A stretch of 64,000 nt of DNA, taken from the NCBI GenBank assembly GCA_036845025.1, contig DAIUEQ010000002.1, positions 5,409-69,408 on the forward strand, in the 5' to 3' direction. A program made the translations under genes and the position numbers. The notes beneath the pieces are model-generated. The model ran no database searches, was not told the DNA's origin, and saw only the letters and a program-made list of their open reading frames with translations. This stretch comes from Xanthobacteraceae bacterium. GTDB taxonomy: Bacteria > Pseudomonadota > Alphaproteobacteria > Rhizobiales > Xanthobacteraceae. Shown here piece by piece: positions 18,085-25,706 of this stretch. Position 1 is the first letter of the stretch. The number at the start of each line of letters is the position of its first letter.

Positions 18085-18213
18085 GCGACCCCAATTCAGA
18101 TTGCGTTCATCGTCTGTAGTTTAAGCGCAACCCGTTACTGGCCGCAAAAGGGATGGCAGTAATGGGGAAGGCTGTCGCTCCCGCCCATTTCAGGCGTTCA
18201 GGAGCGGCGAACC

Positions 18214-18441
18214 GTGACCATTCACCGTCTATTACAGCATTCGGCATTCAATCAGGACGACATCGATCGGATGGTCGCCGCCTACGAGCATTGCTTGCAA
18301 CTCCTCGGTCTGGCCGACCGATCCGATCCAATCACCGAGCAAATCGCCAGGCAGATTATCGAGATTGCGCAAACGGGCGAGCGCGACCCCGTCGTCGTCG
18401 GTAAGCAAGTGGCGGAGGCGTTTCAGCGCCCGCCTCTCTGA
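18214..18441 (+). CDS. Small hypothetical protein (75 aa)
   Basis: GTG start with balanced, helical-looking composition (DDIDRMVAAYEHCLQLLGL..ITEQIARQIIEIAQTGE). No family recognised. Confidence 0.4.
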   Translation: MTIHRLLQHSAFNQDDIDRMVAAYEHCLQLLGLADRSDPITEQIARQIIEIAQTGERDPVVVGKQVAEAFQRPPL

Positions 18442-18461
18442 CTTGCCGGCGCAGGTCTCGC

Positions 18462-19583
18462 TCAATCGCGGAAGATGCTCAGCGGCAGCAACGCCGAAAC
18501 CACGTAATTAGGCACATCGACGACGTTCGAGATGCGAAGGTCGACCGCGACGCTGCAAATGATGTAGGCCTGCTCGCGCGAGAATCCGCGTTCCTGCAAA
18601 AGCGTAATCATGTTGAGGAGCGCGTTGCGAGCGGCGAGGGTGAGATTTTCACTTTCGATTTCGCCCGCGGCGTTGATCGGCATGCCCATGACGCCGAGGA
18701 AATTTTCCGGCGCGGCGAATTTGGGATCGGCGAAATAGCCCGGATGCGAGAAAACGGGGCCGGCAAAGGTGCGCTTGTTGGCCAATCCCTTGTGAATCTT
18801 GAAACGGACGGCGACCGTCGCGCCCATTTCAACGGCGGTGACGCAGACTTCGCCGTCGCCCTGCGCAAAGTGCGCATCCCCGGTCGAGAACAGCGCGCCT
18901 TTGATGAAGACTGGTAGCAAGAGCTTGGAACCTTTGGTCAGTTGCTTGACGTCGAAATTGCCGCCGTTCTCGCGGGGCGGGAGCGTGCGCAAACCTTCGA
19001 GCCCGCAACGCCCGCCGGGCACCGCCCCGGCCGCGTCCGGCGGAAAAACCATGCCGCCTTTCTCCAGGGCGCGCTGCTCGCGCGCAGTCCATTCCTTGAC
19101 CTTCTCCGCCGATGGCGCGGTTGCCGAAATGCCCATGAATGGTGCGCCGGGAACGCGCACTCCTGGGATTTCCGCAGCCGTCGCCCAGCCGTCGCGAATT
19201 TTCCAGTGTGCGACGAAAGGCGTCGTCATCACATCGCGCAAGAAGCCGAGGCCCGGCACGATCGAGCTGAACGCGGTCGGCTGCGGCACGATGTCGAGGA
19301 ACTCGACCTCGATCATGTCGCCTACCTCTGCGCCCTTGACGAAGATCGGGCCGGTCAGCGGGTGGATGCGGCCGGGATCAAGCTTCGCCAGTTCGGCGAC
19401 ACCGCAATCCGGCGCGATCTGTCCGTCGACCGCGTCGCGCGTCTCCAAGACCACTTCATCGCCTTCCGCGACTTCGAGCACGGGCTCGATGTCGGGATGA
19501 TAGCGGTTATGTCCTGAATGCGCCTCGGCCGCGAGTGGCTTAGCCCGATCGATGCGGACGGTGTGTTTGTGCGCCTCGCTCAC
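18462..19583 (-). CDS. Acetamidase/formamidase (FmdA/AmdA) family amidohydrolase
   Basis: 373 aa from GTG 19583, which overlaps the upstream stop as GTGA. Family-like blocks are present (HSGHNRYHPDIEP, DPGRIHPLTGPIFVKGAEVGD, ENGGNFDVK, GDAHFAQGDGEV). The listed 614-aa ORF is a read-through into the upstream gene in another frame. Confidence 0.8.
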   Translation of the reverse strand: MSEAHKHTVRIDRAKPLAAEAHSGHNRYHPDIEPVLEVAEGDEVVLETRDAVDGQIAPDCGVAELAKLDPGRIHPLTGPIFVKGAEVGDMIEVEFLDIVPQPTAFSSIVPGLGFLRDVMTTPFVAHWKIRDGWATAAEIPGVRVPGAPFMGISATAPSAEKVKEWTAREQRALEKGGMVFPPDAAGAVPGGRCGLEGLRTLPPRENGGNFDVKQLTKGSKLLLPVFIKGALFSTGDAHFAQGDGEVCVTAVEMGATVAVRFKIHKGLANKRTFAGPVFSHPGYFADPKFAAPENFLGVMGMPINAAGEIESENLTLAARNALLNMITLLQERGFSREQAYIICSVAVDLRISNVVDVPNYVVSALLPLSIFRD

Positions 19584-20827
19584 GCCGCGACCCCGAGGTT
19601 GCTGAATTTTTTTAGGTTCTCTTTCTGCTTGGCGTTGCGCGGCGGCAATTTGAAAAGCCTCGCGGCGGTGCCGCCCAAAATGTTGTGCTTTGCCTTTTCC
19701 GACAGGAACGGCAGGTCCCAGATGGTCGAGGGCAGATCGAAGTCCCAGTGCGGATAGTCCGACGAATAGAGGAGCTGCGTCTCCGCATTGATCATGCGGA
19801 ACGTGGTCTCCATAGCGCCGTAATCCTGAATTTCCATCGGCTGCGACGAGTAATACATGTCCCGCATGTAGTCCGACGGTTTCTTTTTCAGGAGCGGACA
19901 CTCGGACGGCCGCAGCATGTATTCGTGGTCGAGCCGCTGCATCAGGAACGGCACCCAGGCGAGACCGGATTCCATCCAGATCACCGGCAGATTGGGGAAG
20001 CGCTCGCCGATGCCGTTGACCACCCAATTGGTGCAGTTGACGATGTTGTACCAGGTGAAGCCGAGCGCATGGACGGAGATGAAGCGGTTGCAGCTTTTGA
20101 AGCTGCCGTCGCTCCAATTCACCCCTGAGTGGAAGGCGATGGCCAACCCGCGCTCTTCCATGGCGCGATAAACTTTCATGTAGGCATTGTCGTGCACGCC
20201 CATGTCCGAGCGCACGGTCGTGACCATGAAGCCACCGACGTGTTTTCTGTCGCCGAAAGTCTCGACGTGACGCAAGGCGGCGTCCGGATCGGAAAACGGC
20301 AGGCAAAGCAGCGAAAAAAAGCGGCCATCGGCTTCCGGCAGCACCTTCTCGGTGACCCAGCGGCTATAAGCCCAGCACAGTTCGACTTCCATTTCGGTCT
20401 GCGGGTGCAGCCCGATATTGAGCATGCCCGTCGGGAACAGACAGGAATAATCCACGCCCATGGCATCCATCCAGCGATGGCCGAGCTGAATGTCGCGCAA
20501 GCTGCCGTCTTCGGTCTTCTCGCTTCCGCGCAGCGGATAGCGCGTCACCCGGCCGCCCATGTCCTGGTAGCCGGTTGGAATCGGTACAATGCCCGGCCGT
20601 TGCTTGGTGCCGCGACCAGCCATGGTGAGTTGGCGCAGCACGTCGTTTTCCATATAGGGCAGGAACTCGTCGTAATGCTCGTTCTCGTAGTGGTGCGCGT
20701 CGACATCGACGATGAGTACGTCGTCGAATTTCCGCTGGTGCGCCTGCTTGCGGGCATGCGCCAAGAGCCGCGACGTGTTCAGTTCCTCGACGGAAACGCG
20801 GCGGCCGCGATCGGAAATCAGGTCCAT
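19580..20827 (-). CDS. Amidohydrolase_2 (ACMSD/decarboxylase-type metal-dependent TIM-barrel hydrolase) family protein
   Basis: 415 aa with an N-terminal metal motif (VDVDAHH), AFHSG, and a C-terminal SSDYPHWD motif typical of the family. Confidence 0.75.
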   Translation of the reverse strand: MDLISDRGRRVSVEELNTSRLLAHARKQAHQRKFDDVLIVDVDAHHYENEHYDEFLPYMENDVLRQLTMAGRGTKQRPGIVPIPTGYQDMGGRVTRYPLRGSEKTEDGSLRDIQLGHRWMDAMGVDYSCLFPTGMLNIGLHPQTEMEVELCWAYSRWVTEKVLPEADGRFFSLLCLPFSDPDAALRHVETFGDRKHVGGFMVTTVRSDMGVHDNAYMKVYRAMEERGLAIAFHSGVNWSDGSFKSCNRFISVHALGFTWYNIVNCTNWVVNGIGERFPNLPVIWMESGLAWVPFLMQRLDHEYMLRPSECPLLKKKPSDYMRDMYYSSQPMEIQDYGAMETTFRMINAETQLLYSSDYPHWDFDLPSTIWDLPFLSEKAKHNILGGTAARLFKLPPRNAKQKENLKKFSNLGVAA

Positions 20828-20846
20828 GGTGTCAGCTTCCTTCGCC

Positions 20847-21233
20847 TCATCGTCCGGTAAAACCTTGCCACATCCCGAGTTCGAACGTGCTTAGATCGGC
20901 GGCCCGCAGAAGCCCGCTGGCCGTGATCATGACGTCGGTGGCGGGGAGGGTGCCTTTCGCGACCGGTATCAACTGTTCGCCGGCTTGCCGGCGCGCGGAA
21001 TAGCTGCGGCAGGCGGCCGCGATTAGCGCCTGCAGCGCGTCGGCGGAAAGAAGATCGAGCCGGCCGGCGGCGATGCTCCGCTCAATCGTCTCCGCAAGAC
21101 GTTTCGCCTCGGCTGAAGCGCCGTTATCTGCTTTGGCGGCTGGCTTTGCCGGCGACTTGACGATCCCGCCGCGGCTTGCGGCATTGGTCGCGCGGCGCAC
21201 CGCGCCCCTGGCTGCGCGCTTAGGCGAGGACAT
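20847..21233 (-). CDS. Hypothetical protein (128 aa) embedded in the operon
   Basis: ATG 21233 overlaps the Rieske gene 3' end by 14 nt, and the stop is 19 nt before the next start. It has a basic, Ala-rich N-terminus and then a structured-looking C-terminal half. No family recognised. Confidence 0.45.
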   Translation of the reverse strand: MSSPKRAARGAVRRATNAASRGGIVKSPAKPAAKADNGASAEAKRLAETIERSIAAGRLDLLSADALQALIAAACRSYSARRQAGEQLIPVAKGTLPATDVMITASGLLRAADLSTFELGMWQGFTGR

Positions 21234-21606
21234 AAACGTCGTCTCCCTTGCGGACGATCTCATACTTTCTCAGTTTCAGCCGGCGATCGCTCGCGCATTC
21301 GCCGGTTTTGATATTGTATTCCATGCCGTGCCATGGGCAGACGAAGTGCATTTCGCTTTCGGAGAAATAGAGTCCCATCGAGGTCTTGTCGGGACGCAAG
21401 CGCTCTTCGACTTTAGCGATAGTTAGGCCCTCGCAGGCGGGGCCGCCCTGATGGAGACAGAAATTCGAGTAGGCGAAAAATTCCCCCTCGTGGCGGAACA
21501 CGCCGATCTCGTTGTCCCCGACGAAGATGATGCGGCGCTCTCCGTCCTTGAAGTCTGCGATCTTAGCGACGAATTTTTCCGGCATTGCGTCAACGATCTT
21601 CCGCAC
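21220..21606 (-). CDS. Small Rieske [2Fe-2S] domain protein (ferredoxin/NirD-like size)
   Basis: 128 aa with Rieske ligand motifs C-L-H (NFCLHQGG) and C-P-W-H (FVCPWHGMEY). Confidence 0.8.
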   Translation of the reverse strand: MRKIVDAMPEKFVAKIADFKDGERRIIFVGDNEIGVFRHEGEFFAYSNFCLHQGGPACEGLTIAKVEERLRPDKTSMGLYFSESEMHFVCPWHGMEYNIKTGECASDRRLKLRKYEIVRKGDDVYVLA

Positions 21607-21610
21607 TTTC

Positions 21611-21675
21611 GCTGGTCCCCGCGAAAAGCGGGACCCAGCGTCACATCACATCTGGATTCCCGCTTGTGCGGGAAT
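21611..21675. repeat. REP-like double hairpin between the FAH and Rieske genes
   Basis: Hairpin 1 is gctggtccccgc-gaaaa-gcgggacccagc (21611-21639, imperfect). Hairpin 2 is attcccgc-ttgt-gcgggaat (21656-21675, perfect 8 bp). From memory, the GGGAAT/ATTCCC-GC hairpin type is a common extragenic repeat in alphaproteobacteria. Confidence 0.6.
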
Positions 21676-21711
21676 GAACGGAGTTTAGCACGTGCCTTGG
21701 TTGGGTGCGAC

Positions 21712-22653
21712 CTACGCGATCTTGTTCGTGAACGTGCCGATGCCTTCGATCCAGATTTTGATCACGTCGCCGGATTTGAGGAACTCGCCCGATTCGGCGC
21801 CGGTACCAGCCGGCGTTCCGGTGAGAATGAGGTCGCCGGGATGCAGCGTCATGTTTTCCGAGAGATGAGCAATTTGCTCGGCCAGCGTGAACAGCATTTT
21901 GCTGGTGTTGGAATCCTGCCTCAGGCCATTGTTGACCCATAGTTTCAAGCCGAGCTGCTGCGGATCTTTGATGTCGCTCGCCGGCACAATCCACGGTCCA
22001 AGCGGGCAGGAGCCGTCAAAGCTTTTGTGCTTGATCCAGTCCATCTTGAAGAAAGACGTCGCCTCGACGCCCGGTCGTCGCCCGCGATCGCGCGCGGAAA
22101 GATCGTTGGCCGCCGTATACCCGGCTACGTAATTCAAGGCTTTTTCGATCGACACGTTCTTCGCCGGCCGGCCGATGACGGCCGCGAGCTCGATCTCCCA
22201 GTCGAGCTGCTTGGCGTAATCGCCGACTTTGATGGTGGCGCCGGGATCGGCAAGCGTACGCGCCGCCTTGATGAAAAAATAAGGTTTCTGCCCTTGCTCA
22301 TGCGGATCTGGGGGTTCGGGCTGCCCCGCCTTGCGCGCCATGGCGGCGGCGTGGTCGGCGTAGTTGGCGCCGGCGCAAAAGATCGTCGGCGGGGAGGGCA
22401 GCGGCGCCAATAATTTGGTTTTGGCTAGCGGCTGACGCTTGGCGCGACTTTTTGCGGCGCTAGCGGTTGCCTTTTTCAGCGCGACTTCTGCCGACTTCCA
22501 GTCGGCGAGGATGCCGGCGATAGTCGCGTAGGCCGGCTTGCCCGTGACTTTGGCGGCGTCGAAGACGTCGTCGCCGATGATGAGCCCGGCGCGCGGCCCT
22601 TCCTTGGTCTGATAGGTCGCGAGTCTATACTGGGCGCGCGTTCCGCTTGCCAT
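21712..22653 (-). CDS. Fumarylacetoacetate hydrolase (FAH) family protein
   Basis: 313 aa with FAH-fold blocks (IFCAGANYADH, LDWEIELAAVIG, SFDGSCPLGPW, LHPGDLILTGTPAG). Confidence 0.85.
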   Translation of the reverse strand: MASGTRAQYRLATYQTKEGPRAGLIIGDDVFDAAKVTGKPAYATIAGILADWKSAEVALKKATASAAKSRAKRQPLAKTKLLAPLPSPPTIFCAGANYADHAAAMARKAGQPEPPDPHEQGQKPYFFIKAARTLADPGATIKVGDYAKQLDWEIELAAVIGRPAKNVSIEKALNYVAGYTAANDLSARDRGRRPGVEATSFFKMDWIKHKSFDGSCPLGPWIVPASDIKDPQQLGLKLWVNNGLRQDSNTSKMLFTLAEQIAHLSENMTLHPGDLILTGTPAGTGAESGEFLKSGDVIKIWIEGIGTFTNKIA

Positions 22654-22691
22654 TCCAAGTCCCCTTTTCTGCGATTGTACTGAATGTGAAG

Positions 22692-25088
22692 TTAGACCCG
22701 CCCCAATGCTCTTAGCACGCGCTCCGGCGTGAACGGCATTTCGACGAGCAGCGCGGCGTTGAGAGGGCGGAGCGCGTCGTTGAGTGCGTTCATCACCGAG
22801 CCGGGCGCGCCGGCAGTGCCGGCTTCGCCCGCGCCCTTGGCGCCCAGTTCGGAATCAGCGGTTGGGGTCACCACGTGGCCGACCTCGATATCGGGCATTT
22901 CGTTTGCCATTGGCAACAAATAGTCCATCAAGTTGCCGTTGAGAAGTTGGCCCGTCTCGTCATAGAGGCAATGCTCGTAGAGCGCGGCGCCGATGCCTTG
23001 CACGACGCCGCCTCGAACCTGCTCGTCGACAAGCTGCGGATTGATCACGGTGCCGCAGTCTTCCACGCACCAGTGTTTGAGCAATTTCACCATCCCCGTC
23101 CTGGTGTCGACTTCGAGATAGGACGCCTGCACGCCGTTGGTGAAGGCGAACGGCCAGGCGCGCGGTACGTAATGGCGTGTCACCACGAGCTCGGCCTGGA
23201 AGCCGGGCGGCAGCGTATCGGGACGAAAATAGACGATGCGGGCGACTTCTTCGAGTGGCATCCGCTCGCGTCCGTTATCGGAGTCGACAATAATGCCGGC
23301 ACGGATGTCGAGCGCCTTTGGGTCGGCTTGAAGGATCGAGGCGGCGGCGGCAAGCACGTTGGCGCGTAATGCCTTGCCGGCTTGCCAGGCGGCTTCGCCG
23401 CCGATGCCGGCCGCGCGCGAGGCCCAGGTGCCGCCGCCGTAAGGCGTATTGTCGGTGTCGCCGGTGACGATGCGTATACGTTCGATTGGCACGCCGAACG
23501 AGGTGGCGACGCATTGTGCCAAGATCGATTCAGCGCCCTGGCCTTGCTCGGTGATACCGGAATGGACGAAAACGGCGCCCGTCGCGTCGAGCCGCAAGGT
23601 TGCGCCGTCCTGCGCCGAGATACGCGCGCCGCCGACGCCATAGAACGCGGCCGACGGGTTGGTCACCTCGATGAATGACGCAAAGCCGATACCGCGATAG
23701 ATGCCGCGACCACGCAAGCCGACCTGCTCGGCGCGGAGCTTGGGGTAATCCATCATCGCCAGAATCTTATCGAGACAGGCATGATGGGAAAGCTTTTCGA
23801 ACTTGATGCCGGAGGCGCCGACCGCCGGGTAGGCGTCGTCGGCAATCAAATTGCGCCGGCGGATCTCGGCCGTGTCCATACCGATCTTCGCCGCCGCCAA
23901 GTCGACCAAACCCTCGGTGACGGCGGTGGCGATCGGATGGCCTACCGCGCGGTATTGGCACATGACGTTCTTGTTCTGGAATACGACGCGGGCGCGGGCT
24001 CGGTAGTTCGGGGAGGTGTAAGGGCCTCCGACCAGATTGACGACCTGATTGGCTTCGATGCCGCTGGTGCGTGGATACACTGAATAGGGGCCGATGCCAG
24101 TCAGATCATCGATCTCAAAGGCGGTGATGGTACCGTCCTTTTTCACGCCGATTTTGGCGCGGACGCGATGATCGCGGGCATGAATGTCGGTGATGAAACT
24201 TTCAAAGCGGTCGGCGACAAATTTGACCGGCCGCTTGAGCAGCTTCGACAGCGCCACCGTCGCCATTTCGTCGGCGTAGATATGCACCTTGATGCCAAAC
24301 GAGCCGCCGACGTCTTTGGTGATGACGCGCACCTGATGCGATCCGAGGTTGAGGTGCTTGGCGAAAATGTCCTGCGTCATGTGCGGCGCCTGGGTGCCTT
24401 GATACACCGTCAGGCGTTGCTCGCCGGGATTCCAGTCAGCGACAATGGCGCGCGGCTCGTTGGTCACGCCGGTGTGGCGGCCGAACACGAAGGTCGTTTC
24501 CACGACCGCATCGCTTTCGGCGAATGCTTTATCAGGATCGCCGGCGACGAGCGCACGCTCGAAGGTGAGGTTGTCGCCAAGCTCGGGATGGATGACCGGA
24601 GTGGCGCGATCGAGAGCGGTTTCTGCGTCGGTTACCGCAAAAAGCGGCTCGTAGTCGACATCGATCAGCGCGCAAGCGTCTTCGGCCTCGGCGCGGCTCT
24701 TGGCCACGACCGCGCACACCGCTTCTCCCTGCCAGCAGGCGCGGTCCACCGCGATAGCATGCTGCGGCGCCGATTTAATGCCCTTCAAGTGCGTCAGCAC
24801 CCCAACCCAGGGGGTGATCACTTTGGCGAGCTCGGGCCCGGTGACGACGGCGACCACACCGGGTGCCGACTTCGCCTGTCCGGCTTCGATGGTTTTGATG
24901 CGCGCGTGCGCGTGCGGCGATCGCAAAAACGCAACGTGCACCATCCGCGGCAGTACGAGATCGCTGACATACTGGCCGCGCCCTTGCGTCAGCCGGTCGA
25001 GATTGGGCCGCGGTACCGACCGACCGATATAGGAATTCGGGCGGTCGAGGGCAGAGAGGCCGGACACGACATCCTCGGCGATTTTCAT
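22692..25088 (-). CDS. Molybdopterin-binding large subunit of an XDH/aldehyde oxidase/CoxL-family hydroxylase
   Basis: 798 aa from ATG 25088, which overlaps the small-subunit stop as ATGA. Family blocks are present (GRGQYVSDL, GGSFG, QYRAVGHP, GQGAESILAQ, LGAKGAGEAGTAGAPGSVMNAL). I found no CxxCH haem motif. Confidence 0.9.
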   Translation of the reverse strand: MKIAEDVVSGLSALDRPNSYIGRSVPRPNLDRLTQGRGQYVSDLVLPRMVHVAFLRSPHAHARIKTIEAGQAKSAPGVVAVVTGPELAKVITPWVGVLTHLKGIKSAPQHAIAVDRACWQGEAVCAVVAKSRAEAEDACALIDVDYEPLFAVTDAETALDRATPVIHPELGDNLTFERALVAGDPDKAFAESDAVVETTFVFGRHTGVTNEPRAIVADWNPGEQRLTVYQGTQAPHMTQDIFAKHLNLGSHQVRVITKDVGGSFGIKVHIYADEMATVALSKLLKRPVKFVADRFESFITDIHARDHRVRAKIGVKKDGTITAFEIDDLTGIGPYSVYPRTSGIEANQVVNLVGGPYTSPNYRARARVVFQNKNVMCQYRAVGHPIATAVTEGLVDLAAAKIGMDTAEIRRRNLIADDAYPAVGASGIKFEKLSHHACLDKILAMMDYPKLRAEQVGLRGRGIYRGIGFASFIEVTNPSAAFYGVGGARISAQDGATLRLDATGAVFVHSGITEQGQGAESILAQCVATSFGVPIERIRIVTGDTDNTPYGGGTWASRAAGIGGEAAWQAGKALRANVLAAAASILQADPKALDIRAGIIVDSDNGRERMPLEEVARIVYFRPDTLPPGFQAELVVTRHYVPRAWPFAFTNGVQASYLEVDTRTGMVKLLKHWCVEDCGTVINPQLVDEQVRGGVVQGIGAALYEHCLYDETGQLLNGNLMDYLLPMANEMPDIEVGHVVTPTADSELGAKGAGEAGTAGAPGSVMNALNDALRPLNAALLVEMPFTPERVLRALGRV

Positions 25089-25630
25089 TTGGCATTCGCC
25101 CGCGTCTGTGCAACCTGCTCGATCGCATCGACAATCGCCTGATAACCGGTGCAGCGGCAATAATTGCCAGAAATGTGCTCGCGGATTTGGGACCGGCTGG
25201 GGACCGTCCCGTTTGCCAATAGCTCGTGCGCGCTGATGAGCATGCCCGGCGTGCAATAGCCGCATTGCAACGCGTTCCGGCGCGCGAAAGCAGACTGCAA
25301 ATCGGTGATCGCGCCGGAATCCGAAAGGCCTTCAATGGTTTCGATTTCCGCACCGTCGCACTGCACAGCGAGGAGAAGACAAGAGCGCACGGCTTCGCCG
25401 CCAAGCCGTACCGTACACGCGCCGCAAACGCCGTGTTCGCAGCCCACATGAGTGCCGGTCAGGGAAAGGTCTTCGCGGAGGAAGTCGACCAGCGTTTTGC
25501 GCGCTTCGACACGCGTGGAAACGGCCTCGCCGTTGACGCGCATGCTAATATCGAGGTGGCGCGCGCTCATTTTTGGCCCGGCAGCGCTGTTTTCGCGGTT
25601 TTTGATAGCATCCGAAGCCGGTTGTGTCAT
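25085..25630 (-). CDS. [2Fe-2S]-binding small subunit (CoxS-type) of the Mo-hydroxylase
   Basis: Both cluster motifs are present (GCEHGVCGACTV and CGYCTPGM..CRCTGY). The start could be ATG 25630 or ATG 25570 (MSARHLDISMRVNGE). Confidence 0.9.
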   Translation of the reverse strand: MTQPASDAIKNRENSAAGPKMSARHLDISMRVNGEAVSTRVEARKTLVDFLREDLSLTGTHVGCEHGVCGACTVRLGGEAVRSCLLLAVQCDGAEIETIEGLSDSGAITDLQSAFARRNALQCGYCTPGMLISAHELLANGTVPSRSQIREHISGNYCRCTGYQAIVDAIEQVAQTRANAK

Positions 25631-25638
25631 GCAAGTCC

Positions 25639-25691
25639 GTTGGCCTGCCGAAGCGCTGCGGATTTGCTAGAACCGGCCATCCGCGGCCAAC
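25639..25691. promoter_or_regulatory. Nested inverted repeats in the divergent promoter region (candidate operator)
   Basis: The outer repeat is gttggcc (25639-45) / ggccaac (25685-91). The inner repeat is gcggat (25658-63) / atccgc (25679-84). A direct repeat GA(A)GCGCTGC flanks them. Confidence 0.3.
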
Positions 25692-25706
25692 CCGAGCGCT
25701 GCCGCA

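Noticed and set aside
19584-20306. N-terminal 241 codons of the listed 614-aa ORF (18462..20306)
   Set aside because: This part overlaps the amidohydrolase_2 gene in another frame and is Arg/His/Leu-rich nonsense. The formamidase homology begins at GVSEAHKHTV, so the start was moved to GTG 19583.
24168-25142. 324-aa plus-strand ORF
   Set aside because: It is antisense to the Mo-hydroxylase large-subunit gene and shows no family resemblance.
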